Made by a program: the position numbers and the translations under genes. A stretch of 64,000 nt of DNA, taken from the NCBI GenBank assembly GCA_963851155.1, contig CAWKNV010000005.1, forward strand, positions 466,136 to 530,135. Reading direction: 5' to 3'. Positions 36,105 through 46,400 of the stretch are shown in pieces. The number at the start of each line of letters is the position of its first letter. Position 1 is the first letter of the stretch. The stretch is from an uncultured Acidobacteriaceae bacterium (GTDB lineage Bacteria; Acidobacteriota; Terriglobia; Terriglobales; Acidobacteriaceae). A model generated the notes under the pieces. It was given only the letters and a program-made list of their open reading frames with translations. It ran no database searches and was not told the DNA's origin.

Positions 36105-39080
36105 CTAGAAGGTGGTGGAGACGCTGAGTCGGAAGGTCTTGCGGGGTTCGCGGAAAAGATTCTGCGCGCCGTACCCCTGGATAGTTTGCTGATAAGTGTA
36201 GTCGCCCGCGCCGCCAGTCGGAAACATATCGCGCGTGATAAGTTCGGCGGTGCAGCTCTGTACCTTGGCGCCAAGGGCTACGTCGTTGCAATAAGGCCGC
36301 TCATAGAGGCGGAGCGGGTTCCACGCGTAGTAGAGGCGGAAAGGCGCATTGATGACGGGCATGATGATGGAGAATTCGCCGCCCAGCGACATGCGCGGAA
36401 CAACATTGGTTCCAAGCACTGGGCGAATGTCGCGCTGGAAGCCGACCTGCGACCCGGGATGCCGCCCTGACAGGAACCGTTGTTATAGACCGGGCACCCA
36501 TACAGTGGAGCGGTGAGTGAAGCGAAGCCCTCGGGACTCTGCTTCAGCTGACCATGATTGGCCACAACGTCCATGCCGAAGTCGTCGAAGAAGGCGAACA
36601 TCGCAGAGCCAACGATGGGGATGCGATATTCGAGGTTGCTGGTGAAGTTGGTATCGCCTCCAATGGAGACGATGCCGTATACAGGAATCGGAACTGCAAT
36701 GCACTGCCCGAGCTGCGGGTTGTTGGGGTCGCGCGGGACGCAGGTGCCGTCAGGATTGGTCAGCTGCACGGTCTGGCGGGTCGGGACATAGCCATAGGGC
36801 GTAGCGCTGCGTACGTCGAAGCCGCGCAATTCAGAGTCGCCGCCGGCATAGAAGCGGTTGTTGGGGGGCGCAACATCGCCGCCAAATCCCTGGATATAGC
36901 CGAGCTGAGTTTTGAAGGCCAGCACGTTATGCCCGTTGGGGCTGAACTTGAGATAGTGCATCGAGCGGTAGGTCTTGAAGGCCACCAGCGGCGAGTAGTA
37001 GCGCACGTTGCCCCAGATGCCGGCTGCCTGCAGTGCCGCCGTAAATTCCTTGCCTGAACGGGGTCGCACCGGATTGTTGACGGTGTTGTAGGAATATGTC
37101 AACGAAACCTGACTCGTGACGATTCCTTGCCAGTGCGTTCGAGCCCTGAATTCCGGAACGGAAGCTGATGGTTTGGAAGTATGTTTGCGAAGCAGTGCTG
37201 AACGCGGTGATATTGGCGCGCGAGAGCGAATAGGTGAAGCCTACTCGCTGAAACGCATGGCGGCGCAGAGGGTAGCTCAGAGAGAAGTTCAAACCGGTTG
37301 CGGCCTGGTTGTAGTTCTGCGTGAGCGATTCCTGAGCGGCGCTCAGGTTGAGGGCCGTCCCGGTGGTGGTTTGGTAGGACTTGGCTGCGTTGAAGTCCGA
37401 CTTGTTGTTGTAGATCTGGAAGCCCACATTGAGCGGCTTGTTGTGGACGTAAGGCTGCGAGAAGCCAAAGAGGAATTGGCGGCTAACGTTGCCGATGTTG
37501 CCCTGCACGCTAAGGGTTTCACCCAACCCGAGGAAGTTGTTGGTCTGGTAGTTGAGGCCCAGGAAGGCTCCCGAGAGCCCGCTGACGCCGCCGTTGAGGC
37601 CGATTGAGTTCTTGCCCTTTTCCTTGACTTTCAGCAGGAGATCGACAGTGCCCGCTTCGGCATTCTGGTGAGCCTCTGAGTCCTGGTCGACCTTGAGGGG
37701 CTCGAAGTATTCGAGCTGGTTGAGGCGCTGCAAGCTGTACTCCCAGAGCTGGGAGTTGTAGACCTGGCCCTCATCGAGGAGCAGTTCGCGGCGGATGACG
37801 CGGTCGCGGGTAATTGTATTGCCCTCGAACTCGATGCGGGAAACGTAGAATTGCTTGCCTTCATCGATGTCGACCTGCAGCGAGACCGTATGCTTCTGGT
37901 CGTCGTAGATTGGTTTCGGAATGGCTCCGAAGTTGATGTAGCCGAGCTGGCCGTATGCTTTCTTCAGATTCTCAAGGCCCTTGCCGATGAGGGAGGCATT
38001 GAACCAGTCGCCATCCTTGACTGCGAAAGTGGAACGCAGGGCCTTAGTGTTCGTGATGTGGGTGTTGCCTGTAAACGTGATGGTCCCGAGGCGATAACGT
38101 GCCCCCTCCTCAATCGGCATCAGGATATCGATGCGCTTGCCGCGGTTAGGCCGGAAGGTGAACCAGTTGAGGCCGCCTTCATCGCGGATCTGGGTGCGCG
38201 GCGTCTCGACGGCAGCGTTGGCATAGCCTTTGTCTCGGTAGGTAAACCGGACGCGCTCCGTGTCCTCATCGAGCTTGGAGGCGTCGAAGGTGCGGGCGAA
38301 GAGGTTTTCAAAGATGATCGAATAGGGAATGCCGACGGGCTTCAGATTCTTCATCGAGCGGCGCAACTGGAGGCTGCTGATGTGCTGGTTCCCGGTGAAC
38401 TTGATCTGGCCGACTTTGACAGTCGGGCCTTCCTTGATGCTGAAGTTGATCTGGACCGACGCCGGAGGGATGGTTTTTACGTCTGTCTTGACGCTGGCAA
38501 ACTGGTGGCCGTGCTCAGCGAGGAGTTCCTTAAGGACGGTTTCGGCGCGCTTGATCTTGGTGGGATCGTACTGGCCTTCGACGGAGAGGCCCACCTTTTC
38601 CTTCTTGAAGCGGTCGAGAATGTCGGAGGTCGAGACGGAACTGTTGCCCTTGTAGTTGATTTCACGGATGGTTGGGCGTTCCGTGACGAATACGTCGAGG
38701 ATGATGCCCTTTTCGGTATCTTCGCGCTCGATCCGAAGATTCTCAAAGTAATTTGTATTCCACAAGGAGTTAAAGTCGCGTTCGATGGAGACCGGATCGT
38801 AGGTGTCTCCCTCATGGGTGAACATGCGAGCTTTGATGGTTTCTTTGGGAATGCGCCGGTTGCCGATAACCCGGATGGATTGGATGATCTGCGATTGCTG
38901 GGCGAGGGCGGCTGCGGCTGAGAATACAAGCAACAACATCAGGAGCAGCCGGGAAAAGAGGAAAGGGATCCGCATATTGCGGGCAATAACGTCGAGCTTG
39001 ATCTTCACCGGGCTGGAGTCCTGCGGCGAGCACAAGTACTGGTGCGGTCCAAGGTAAGGCTTCACGGGAAGAATATGCAC
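36105..39080 (-). CDS. bamA: Outer membrane protein assembly factor BamA (2 frameshifts, near 37120 and 36450; start uncertain)
   Basis: POTRA repeats (IRVIGNRRI, IEFEGNTITRDRVIRREL), FYAGGDSELRGF, C-terminal FRLSVSTTF. Confidence 0.93.
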
Positions 39081-39613
39081 ACCCTCACTGCTTAAGTTCT
39101 GTTACAGCCTTTAGGAAAGATTGATTTTACCATCTCGAAGACGTTGTCTTCTGACCGCAACCGCCTCATCGAAAACGCCGATAAAGCGCCCGGTCCGAAA
39201 AAACCTTTCCCCAATTCTTCTGCCGCGCCTATGAGTACCTCAGGGACGAACCGCTGTCCGCGAGAGCCCTGCCATTCGCGTCATTTGGGACACCGGGCAT
39301 TTTGCGATGCAGATGACGAAGTGGAGATGCGGAGGAAACAGCATTTCGATCCGGCAGCCCAACTCATCGCCAACAGCTTGCTCATTCAGGTCCTAGATCA
39401 GTTTACCGGACCGGAATGGGCTCGATTGCCCTTCAAATCGACTCGCGGAGAAAGACATGCCCGCGCGTGACTCCTGAATGACTGAATATAGGCGAATGCA
39501 CGATCTTTAGACGCACGCGCGGGCAACATGACATCCTCAGAACGGCAGGAATTCGCTGTTCACCGATGGAGACCTGTGGCTCGAGATCGAAGGCTGTGGA
39601 GAAAACGACGGAA

Positions 39614-40114
39614 ATGAAGGAGAGCATCTATGGATTTTCGGCCGAAAGGCTGGATGGAAGCGCTGTGAGCCTTGGGGACTTCGAGGGCAAGGTGCTGCTG
39701 ATTGTGAATACGGCTAGTCAGTGCGGATTCACCCCGCAGTATGCAGGCTTGGAGACGCTTTATCGGACATATAAGGAGCGCGGGCTAGAAGTGCTTGGCT
39801 TTCCTTGCAACCAGTTTGGCGGGCAGGAGCCGGGGACTGCTGCCGAGATCGGCACTCTTTGCGAGAAGAATTACGGAGTGAGCTTTCCCATGTTTGCGAA
39901 GATTGATGTGAACGGCGACAAGGCGCACCCCTTATATCGGTTTTTGAAGAAACAGAAGCCGGGGCTGCTGGGACCGCTGGGCGGCGGTGCGATCCGGTGG
40001 AATTTTACGAAGTTCCTCGTCGACCGGGGTGGAAAGGTGGTGGCGCGGTACGCGTCAGTGAGCAAGCCGGAGAGCCTGGCGAAAAACATTGAAAAACTGC
40101 TGGAGAGCAGGTAG
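39614..40114 (+). CDS. Glutathione peroxidase family protein
   Basis: VLLIVNTASQCGFTPQY, GFPCNQF, WNFTKFLV. Confidence 0.95.
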   Translation: MKESIYGFSAERLDGSAVSLGDFEGKVLLIVNTASQCGFTPQYAGLETLYRTYKERGLEVLGFPCNQFGGQEPGTAAEIGTLCEKNYGVSFPMFAKIDVNGDKAHPLYRFLKKQKPGLLGPLGGGAIRWNFTKFLVDRGGKVVARYASVSKPESLAKNIEKLLESR

Positions 40115-40126
40115 GCGAGGAGAACT

Positions 40127-40558
40127 GTGAATAAGAACCTTCCGATGATTCTGATTCGGGTGATCGTGGGAGTGGTGTTTCTGACTGAGGGGATTTTGAA
40201 GTTTGTGTATCCCGGCGAGCTTGGCTGGGGACGATTCGCGCATATCGGTCTTCCATTTCCGCATGTGCTTGCGCCGATTGTGGGGGCGGTGGAGATTGCG
40301 GCAGGTGGAGCGCTGATTCTGGGTTTCTACGCGGGCGATGCGGCGCTGCTGCTGCTGGTGGTGATTCTAACGGCGCTTGTCACGACCAAGGTACCGATTC
40401 TGCTGGGGCATCCCCTAGGGCGGTTTGCGCCGGCAAGGCTGGAGCACTACGGGGTGCTGAGCTTCATCCACGAGGCGCGAACCGATTTGGCGATGCTGTT
40501 CGGATTGGTGGCGATCTTGCTGGACAGCGGGGTCAAGGTCAGCTTGAGAGGCCGCTAG
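40127..40558 (+). CDS. DoxX family membrane protein
   Basis: LIRVIVGVVFLTEGILKF, VEIAAG, HEARTD. Confidence 0.85.
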   Translation: MNKNLPMILIRVIVGVVFLTEGILKFVYPGELGWGRFAHIGLPFPHVLAPIVGAVEIAAGGALILGFYAGDAALLLLVVILTALVTTKVPILLGHPLGRFAPARLEHYGVLSFIHEARTDLAMLFGLVAILLDSGVKVSLRGR

Positions 40559-40559
40559 C

Positions 40560-41369
40560 TCATCCGTCGAAGCGATAGGCACTGATCTTCGCGCCCATGG
40601 GTTCCCCGGTGAAGACGCGCTTGCCTGGAGCCTGGCCGCCAGCGCCCGCAGCGACCATAAGCGGAATCAAATGTTCTTCGCGCGGATGAGCGTAGGTGGC
40701 GCAGGGCGCTTCGCGCCAGTTGGTGAGAAGAGCATCGCGTTCAGGCGCGGGCGATTCGACGGCAGCGGTAAGCCATGTGTCGAAGGCGCGGGCGCGCTCG
40801 GGCGTTTCGGGGCGGAGGTAGCCGCTGAGATTATGGAAGCTCATACCGCTGGCAATGATGAGGACACCCTCATCGCGCAGGGGAGCAAGAGCGCGTCCCG
40901 CGGCGATGTGCAGTGCCGGGTCAAGCGACTGGTTGAGCGATAGTGTGACGACCGGGATCTCCGCCTCTGGGAAGGAGACTTTGAGTGGAACGAAAACGCC
41001 ATGATCGTAGTCGCGGTTGAAGCTGGCAGCCGATGGGAGACCCGATTTGCGCAGAAGGCCGATGACCTTCTCAGCGAGTGCTGGGTCACCGGGCGCGGGC
41101 CAGGTGAGCTGGTAGGTGTGCGCCGGGAATCCCGAGTAGTCGAAGATGAGTCCGGGTTTGGCGGTGGCGCCGGCGGTAAATGCTTCTTCTTCCCAATGGC
41201 CACTGATCACGAGCAGGGCCTTGGGCTTTTCAGGAAGAGAAGAGGCTACCGACTCAAGAAAGCGCTGTGTGGCGTGCCATGTGTCGGCCGGGCCCCAGGT
41301 CCAATCCATGAAGAAACAGGGACCGCCGCCATGGGGGAGAAAGAGGGCGGGTTGGCGATTGGTATTCAC
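40560..41369 (-). CDS. Class III extradiol ring-cleavage dioxygenase (DODA/LigB-like)
   Basis: PALFLPHGGGP, VISGHWE, DHGVFVPL, SGMSFHNL, AHPREEHLIPL. Confidence 0.92.
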   Translation of the reverse strand: MNTNRQPALFLPHGGGPCFFMDWTWGPADTWHATQRFLESVASSLPEKPKALLVISGHWEEEAFTAGATAKPGLIFDYSGFPAHTYQLTWPAPGDPALAEKVIGLLRKSGLPSAASFNRDYDHGVFVPLKVSFPEAEIPVVTLSLNQSLDPALHIAAGRALAPLRDEGVLIIASGMSFHNLSGYLRPETPERARAFDTWLTAAVESPAPERDALLTNWREAPCATYAHPREEHLIPLMVAAGAGGQAPGKRVFTGEPMGAKISAYRFDG

Positions 41370-41463
41370 TTCTGAATCTGGATGGCTCGTGCGCCGCGAA
41401 ATGTACCTGTTCAAACAACTATTTGATGCATGCGGATGAGCAGTGGATTCAAGGGATTGATGG

Positions 41464-41904
41464 CTACTCGATGGGAGAAGCCATGACATATACATACACA
41501 AGCATGGCGACACCAATGAATGCAGGGATAAGGCCGCAGAGATAAACCGGCTCGTGGGTGCCGATGAGAGCGTGCAGGAAAATGATGAGACCAAGGCCCA
41601 CGCCGATGTTGATGATGCCTCCGATCTTGAGTCCTTCGCGGGACTTGATTCTCTTGATGCGCTCTTCTTCACGCAGCAACTGAAGCGCAGTCTGGCTGCC
41701 TTCCCCGGGAGCTTCGGCGATGCGCCGGAGGCTATCGGCCTTATAAAAGGCTTCGCGTTCCTTGCGGCGGTGTTCCACCCAGGTTGCGGTAGGAAGAAAG
41801 ATGCCGAAGAGAGCGACGGCGCCCACCGCGAGAAAGATCCAGAGGCCGTTTGCCCCCACGAAGTCGTCGGAGTTGAAAAGAAACTGCAATACCAGATGTG
41901 CCAT
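41464..41904 (-). CDS. Small membrane protein (DUF6249-like), divergent from the ECF sigma gene
   Basis: AGGAGG RBS, MAHLVLQFL; TM, charged linker, then two TMs. Confidence 0.7.
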   Translation of the reverse strand: MAHLVLQFLFNSDDFVGANGLWIFLAVGAVALFGIFLPTATWVEHRRKEREAFYKADSLRRIAEAPGEGSQTALQLLREEERIKRIKSREGLKIGGIINIGVGLGLIIFLHALIGTHEPVYLCGLIPAFIGVAMLVYVYVMASPIE

Positions 41905-41953
41905 ACAATCCTCCTGCCTCAGGAAGGCTCTTTTTGTTGCGTTCGTATGGTGG

Positions 41954-42061
41954 GACAGGAGGCGCTGCCGGGCGGTTGCAATTTGTTTGGGAGAAGTGGG
42001 TGTTCCCGTGGGGGAGCAAGGTATGCGCAGAAAATGCAACCGGTTGAGGCGGTTTTGTGTC
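41954..42061. promoter_or_regulatory. Pair of divergent ECF-type promoters
   Basis: TGCAACC-N16-TGTC on the minus strand (41980-41954) and on the plus strand (42035-42061). Confidence 0.65.
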
Positions 42062-42075
42062 GCACAGGGGAGAGT

Positions 42076-42696
42076 GTGGCGGAATTGATTGCAGCATCGG
42101 AAAACGCGAGCGCGACACGAAGCGGCGAGGCCGACCTGGCCGACGTGGATCGCGTGCTGGCGGGCGATGTGAACGCGTTTGAGGGGATCGTGCGCCGGTG
42201 GCAGGGACCGCTGGTGAATATGGCGTGGCGGTATTGCCGCGATCGGGGGCGTGCGGAAGAGATGGCGCAGGAGGCTCTGGTACGGGCCTGGCGCGGATTG
42301 AAACAGTGGAGGCGCGAGGGGAGTTTCTCGACCTGGTTGTTTGCGCTGGCGGCGAATGTGTTTCGCACGGATCTGAGGCGTTTTCCGACGGCGGACATGC
42401 GGATTGAGGATGCGCCGGAGCAGGCGCGGGGAGCGGCTCAGATGAGCGACCTGGCGATGAAACGAAGCTCGGATGCGGTGAGGCGGGCGGTGCTGGCGCT
42501 GCCGGTGCGCTATCGCGAGCCGGTGGTGCTGTTCTATTTTCGCGAGATGGATGTGAGTGCGGCTGCGCGCACTATGGGAATGCCGGAGGGAACGGTGAAG
42601 GCACGGCTGGCGAGGGCACGGGCGCTCTTGAAGAAGCGGTTTCCGCATCTTGAAGATGAGAAGGCGGCGATGGGACTGGCAGAGAAGGAGGCGTGA
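42076..42696 (+). CDS. ECF RNA polymerase sigma factor
   Basis: GDVNAFEGIV, AEEMAQEALVRAW, FSTWLF, GTVKARLARAR. Confidence 0.93.
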   Translation: MAELIAASENASATRSGEADLADVDRVLAGDVNAFEGIVRRWQGPLVNMAWRYCRDRGRAEEMAQEALVRAWRGLKQWRREGSFSTWLFALAANVFRTDLRRFPTADMRIEDAPEQARGAAQMSDLAMKRSSDAVRRAVLALPVRYREPVVLFYFREMDVSAAARTMGMPEGTVKARLARARALLKKRFPHLEDEKAAMGLAEKEA

Positions 42697-43082
42697 CGAT
42701 GGAGCCGACGAAGATGGAGAACCTAGATCGGATTCTGGGAACGGAAGAGGAGTTGGCGCCGTCGTCGGGGTTTGTGTTGGCGGTAATGGAGCGAGTGCGC
42801 GAAGAAGCCGCTACGCCGGCGCCGATTCCGTTTCCGTGGAGGCGGGTGGTGCCGGGAGCGGTGGTCGCTGGGGGCGGTTTGGTTTGGATGGGTGTGGAGG
42901 TTGTGCGGCAGGGGGTGGGGCGCTTGCCGGATTTGGGCGCGGCAGTTGCACCGTGGATGCCTGCACCGCGGCAATTGACTGGAACGGTGGAAGACCTGGG
43001 CTGGGTGGCGGCGGCGTTGGGCGTGTCGCTGCTGTCTTGGCTGCTGGCGCGACGGATGGTGGGACGGGGCGGGTTGATCTAG
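42693..43082 (+). CDS. Putative membrane anti-sigma factor (2 TM)
   Basis: Overlaps the sigma stop; PSSGFVLAVMERV followed by two TM helices. Confidence 0.75.
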   Translation: MTMEPTKMENLDRILGTEEELAPSSGFVLAVMERVREEAATPAPIPFPWRRVVPGAVVAGGGLVWMGVEVVRQGVGRLPDLGAAVAPWMPAPRQLTGTVEDLGWVAAALGVSLLSWLLARRMVGRGGLI

Positions 43083-43085
43083 CGT

Positions 43086-43802
43086 TTACTCGATGGAGAA
43101 GACGGCGTAGACGGTGGCTTCGCGGCTGACCTGGTGGGGTTCGATGGAGAGCGGTGGCGGAGGGGGCGCAGCCGCGGCGGACCTCATCGCGCCGGCGAAC
43201 ATCGGTCTTGGAAGCTCAGGGGATGACATCTGGTTGCTGACGTAGATTAATGAGCCGAGGCGGACGCCCATTCCCCTGGCGAGGACTTCAGCATTTTGTT
43301 TTGTGCGCGCGGCGGCGTGGTCGAGCGCCCGGGATTCGAGGGCGGGCACATCTTTCACGGTCCAGTCGATCTGGCCGCTATCGGTGGCGCCGGCGGTGAC
43401 GGCGATGTCGAGGATTTCGGCGGCGCGTTCGGGCGCGACCTTCACGGTCCATTGCTGGTGGAGGACGAATTTGTGCTGCCTGGTCGAGTAGTCCCGATCG
43501 AGATACTGCGACTCGCTGCGGATTGCGGTCTCGGGAATTCCTGCCTGTTTGATGGCGGCGATGATGGCGTTTGAATCGCGTGCTCCGTCGGCATAGGCGG
43601 ACTTGGCGTCTTCGGGTGTGGTGTCGAAGCCAATGTGCAGGATGGCGAGGTCGGGCTCGACGGACACGGTTTCAGTGGCAGAGACGCTGAGCGTGCGATT
43701 GCTGGAGTCGACTTTCATCTGCGGCTGGGTGGTTTGCTGGGCTCGTGTCACAACAGCGGCAAAGAGAAGCGCAGAGGTGAGCGTAATTGCGATGGATTTC
43801 AT
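43086..43802 (-). CDS. SIMPL (DUF541) domain periplasmic protein
   Basis: Signal peptide, RTLSVSATETVSVEPDLA, LARGMGVRLG, VYAVFSIE. Confidence 0.88.
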   Translation of the reverse strand: MKSIAITLTSALLFAAVVTRAQQTTQPQMKVDSSNRTLSVSATETVSVEPDLAILHIGFDTTPEDAKSAYADGARDSNAIIAAIKQAGIPETAIRSESQYLDRDYSTRQHKFVLHQQWTVKVAPERAAEILDIAVTAGATDSGQIDWTVKDVPALESRALDHAAARTKQNAEVLARGMGVRLGSLIYVSNQMSSPELPRPMFAGAMRSAAAAPPPPPLSIEPHQVSREATVYAVFSIE

Positions 43803-43859
43803 AATTGCTCCTGTTCTACAAGAACGCGACTCCAGGTCTCAGGTCGCAGCTCCGGTTTT

Positions 43860-43945
43860 ATCGCCCTATGGGGCTTGGGATCAAAACTCGCGCTGTTCCC
43901 AGGATTTCATCCTGGGCCATTCTCTCAGCATCCCTCCGGGAGGCT
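43860..43945. repeat. REP-like palindromic intergenic element
   Basis: GCCCTATGGGGC, CCCAGGATTTCATCCTGGG and CCTCCGGAGG hairpins in series. Confidence 0.5.
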
Positions 43946-44012
43946 TTGTTGCTGTGACGCGCCCCATGCTGAAAGTGCTCAGGCGGTTACTTTGCCTATG
44001 AACGCAGAGGCG

Positions 44013-45079
44013 CTACGTTCTTGCATGTCTTTCGCCGAACATGCGGAGCTTGGCGAGCGTGGCGGCGGCCTGGCCGGAGTCGATGGCTTCGGCGCCGAGG
44101 GTTACGCCTTCTTTTAAGTCGGCGGCGAGTTCTGCAGCTACGAGGGTCGCGGCGGCATTGAGCAGCACGATGTCACGGCGGGCGCCCTTGATGCCGGTGA
44201 GCACGTCGTAGAGGAGCGCGCTATTGGTTTCGATGTCGCCGCCGGTGAAGTCGGCGAGTTGGCCCGGGGCAGGCCGGCCATTTCGGGAGTCATGCGGGCG
44301 GCTTTGATGGATGGCTCCTTGCCTGGTTCCGTCTCTTCAATGCGTGCAACCACTGACTCGCCTGTTGTGGTGAGTTCATCAATGCCATCGGAACCGTGCA
44401 CGACGAAGGCGCGCCTGGAGCCAAGGGCTTGCAGTGCGCGGCCAACGAGAAGAACGCGGCTGGGCGCGAGCACGCCGACAACCTGGATGCGGGCGTGGGC
44501 GGGGTTCGTGAGCGGACCGCAGAGGTTGAGGATGGTGCGGAAGCCGAGAGCGCGGCGCAGGGGACCGAGCGTCTTCATCGCAGGGTGATAGAGCGGCGCA
44601 TAGAGGAAGACGAATCCGGTTTCACGCAGGCATTCAACGGCGAGTTCAGGCGTGAGGTCGATGGGAACGCTGAGAGCTTCGAGTACGTCGGCTGCTCCGC
44701 AGAGCGAGGTGACGGCGCGATTTCCGTGCTTGGCGACTTTTGCTCCGGCGGCGGCGGCAACCAGGGCTGCGCCGCAGGAGATGTTGAAGGTGAGCGGACC
44801 GCCGCCTCCGGTGCCAACGCAATCGACGAGTTCGGCGCGCTCTTTTTTGGTGAAGGGGATGGGGACAGATTGCTCGCGCATAACGTCGACGAAGCCGGCG
44901 AGTTCGGGAGCCTGCTCGCCACGCGTGGCAAGGACAGTGAGGAGGGCGGCGGTTTCGACCTCGGGCGCCTGGCCGGAGAGAATCTGGCGGAGCGCATCGC
45001 GGGCCTGCTCGCGCGTGAGTTGTGCGCCGTCTTCGGCGAGAGGCTTCAGAAGGGTCTTCAGCGAATCCATATCTCTCAT
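44013..45079 (-). CDS. trpD: Anthranilate phosphoribosyltransferase (frameshift near 44250)
   Basis: DCVGTGG, FNIS, AKHGNRAVTS, YHPAMK, GPLTNP, HGSDGIDE, VLLNAA. Confidence 0.93.
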
Positions 45080-45140
45080 TATGGTAATCGCAGCATGAAC
45101 ACCAGACGGCCGGGTTCTATCGCAAACAACCGCCCTGAAG

Positions 45141-45170
45141 ACCCGCTCATCGCGATGAAGCCGCGATGAA
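45141..45170 (+). repeat. REP-like palindrome interrupted by the IS (continues at 46656 CGGGGCA)
   Basis: TCATCGCG-ATGAAGC-CGCGATGA hairpin. The empty site reads CTCATCGCGATGAAGCCGCGATGAA|CGGGGCA. Confidence 0.7.
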
Positions 45171-45254
45171 TGATTGCATGACAGCGTCGGCTCCTTCGGC
45201 TGAGTAGACTGGTTGCTGCTAGACGACCGTGTAGCTCGGGAGAAGGAGCCGAGC

Positions 45255-46316
45255 ATGATGATTATAGGCTGTGATTTTCATCCCAGTTTCCAGCAGATCG
45301 CGTATGTGGATGAGGAGACCGGGGAGTGCGGTGAGCGGCGGTTGAGCCATCGTGAAGAAGCAGTGAGGTTTTACGGTTCGCTGTCGGGCAGGAAAGTGGT
45401 GGTGGGGTTGGAGGCGACGGGCAACGATCGCTGGTTCCGCAAGCTGGTGATGGAAGCGGGTCATGAGCTGCTGGTGGGAGATGCGAGCGCGATCCATGCT
45501 TCTCAACCTCGCGAGCAGCGGACCGACAAGCGGGATGCGCGGCACATTTTGCGTTTGCTGGTGGAGAACCGTTTTCCGGCGGTGTGGCAGCCGTCGGGGG
45601 GCAACGAGGCGCAGCGGCAGTTATTGCTGCATCGCTGCCGGCTGGTGCGGATGCGGACGCGGATCAAGAACCAATTGGATTCGATCGCGAAGAGCGAAGG
45701 ACTGACGGGATCGCGGAGCTGGTCGAGCAAGCGGCGGCGGCAGATTGAGGGATTGCCTCTGACGGGCTGGTATGCGGAACGGCGAGCCGATCTTCTCGGG
45801 TTGCTGGATGGGCTGGAGTTGCGGATCAAGCCGTTGGATGTGGCGGTGGAGGCCGCGGCGCGCCAGGATGCCGAAGCGCGGCTTCTGATGACGCATCCCG
45901 GAGTGGGACCGGTGGTCTCGCTGGCCTATGTTCTGGTGGTGGGCGACTGGAGGCGGTTCCCGCGCGGCAAGCAGGTGGGCAGTTACCTGGGACTGATTCC
46001 GTCGGAGGCCTCCAGCGGCAAGCGCCAGCAGCAGATGGGCCACATCACCAAGCAGGGCAACACGCTGCTTCGCTGGCTGCTGGTGGAAGCGGCGACGACG
46101 GCCCAGCGGTTCGATACGAGCTGGCATCGGCAGTATGTGCGGCTGTCGATGACCAAGCATCACGGGGTGGCCAAGGTGGCCATCGCGCACAAGCTGGCGG
46201 TGAGGTTGTATTGGATGTTGCGCTCCGGGCAGGACTATGGACAGATGATGGAGCGCGGTTCGCATGCGAGGCAGTCCGAGTGCCCCGTTGGTCGCAGTAA
46301 GAGACCGATTGAATGA
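45255..46316 (+). CDS. IS110-family DEDD recombinase/transposase
   Basis: IIGCDFH, LEATG, RTDKRDA (D-E-D-D), HPGVGP, YLGLIPSEASSG (catalytic Ser loop), GHITKQGN. The frame is intact. Confidence 0.96.
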   Translation: MMIIGCDFHPSFQQIAYVDEETGECGERRLSHREEAVRFYGSLSGRKVVVGLEATGNDRWFRKLVMEAGHELLVGDASAIHASQPREQRTDKRDARHILRLLVENRFPAVWQPSGGNEAQRQLLLHRCRLVRMRTRIKNQLDSIAKSEGLTGSRSWSSKRRRQIEGLPLTGWYAERRADLLGLLDGLELRIKPLDVAVEAAARQDAEARLLMTHPGVGPVVSLAYVLVVGDWRRFPRGKQVGSYLGLIPSEASSGKRQQQMGHITKQGNTLLRWLLVEAATTAQRFDTSWHRQYVRLSMTKHHGVAKVAIAHKLAVRLYWMLRSGQDYGQMMERGSHARQSECPVGRSKRPIE

Positions 46317-46400
46317 TTGGACGCCTCGCCTCTTTCCGCGAGGAAAGAGTTTGAACAGGAAATCATGGTGCTGTACCAGGCCGAATACATGGTTGGTGGA
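46266..46400 (+). ncRNA. Putative bridge RNA/seekRNA core (target-binding and donor-binding loops)
   Basis: Stem-enclosed internal loop with TGCCCCGTT and TGAA matches the insertion site. A GCGA-tetraloop hairpin follows, then AATCATG and ATACATG match the circle junction. Boundaries are approximate. Confidence 0.8.

Noticed and set aside
39144-39560. ORFs or an ncRNA in the bamA-peroxidase intergenic region
   Set aside because: No recognisable protein motif or convincing RNA structure; it is probably divergent promoter space.
45213-45254. Upstream TTG start for the transposase (367 aa)
   Set aside because: A strong GAAGGAG RBS precedes ATG 45255, and the DEDD domain normally starts within a few residues of the N-terminus.
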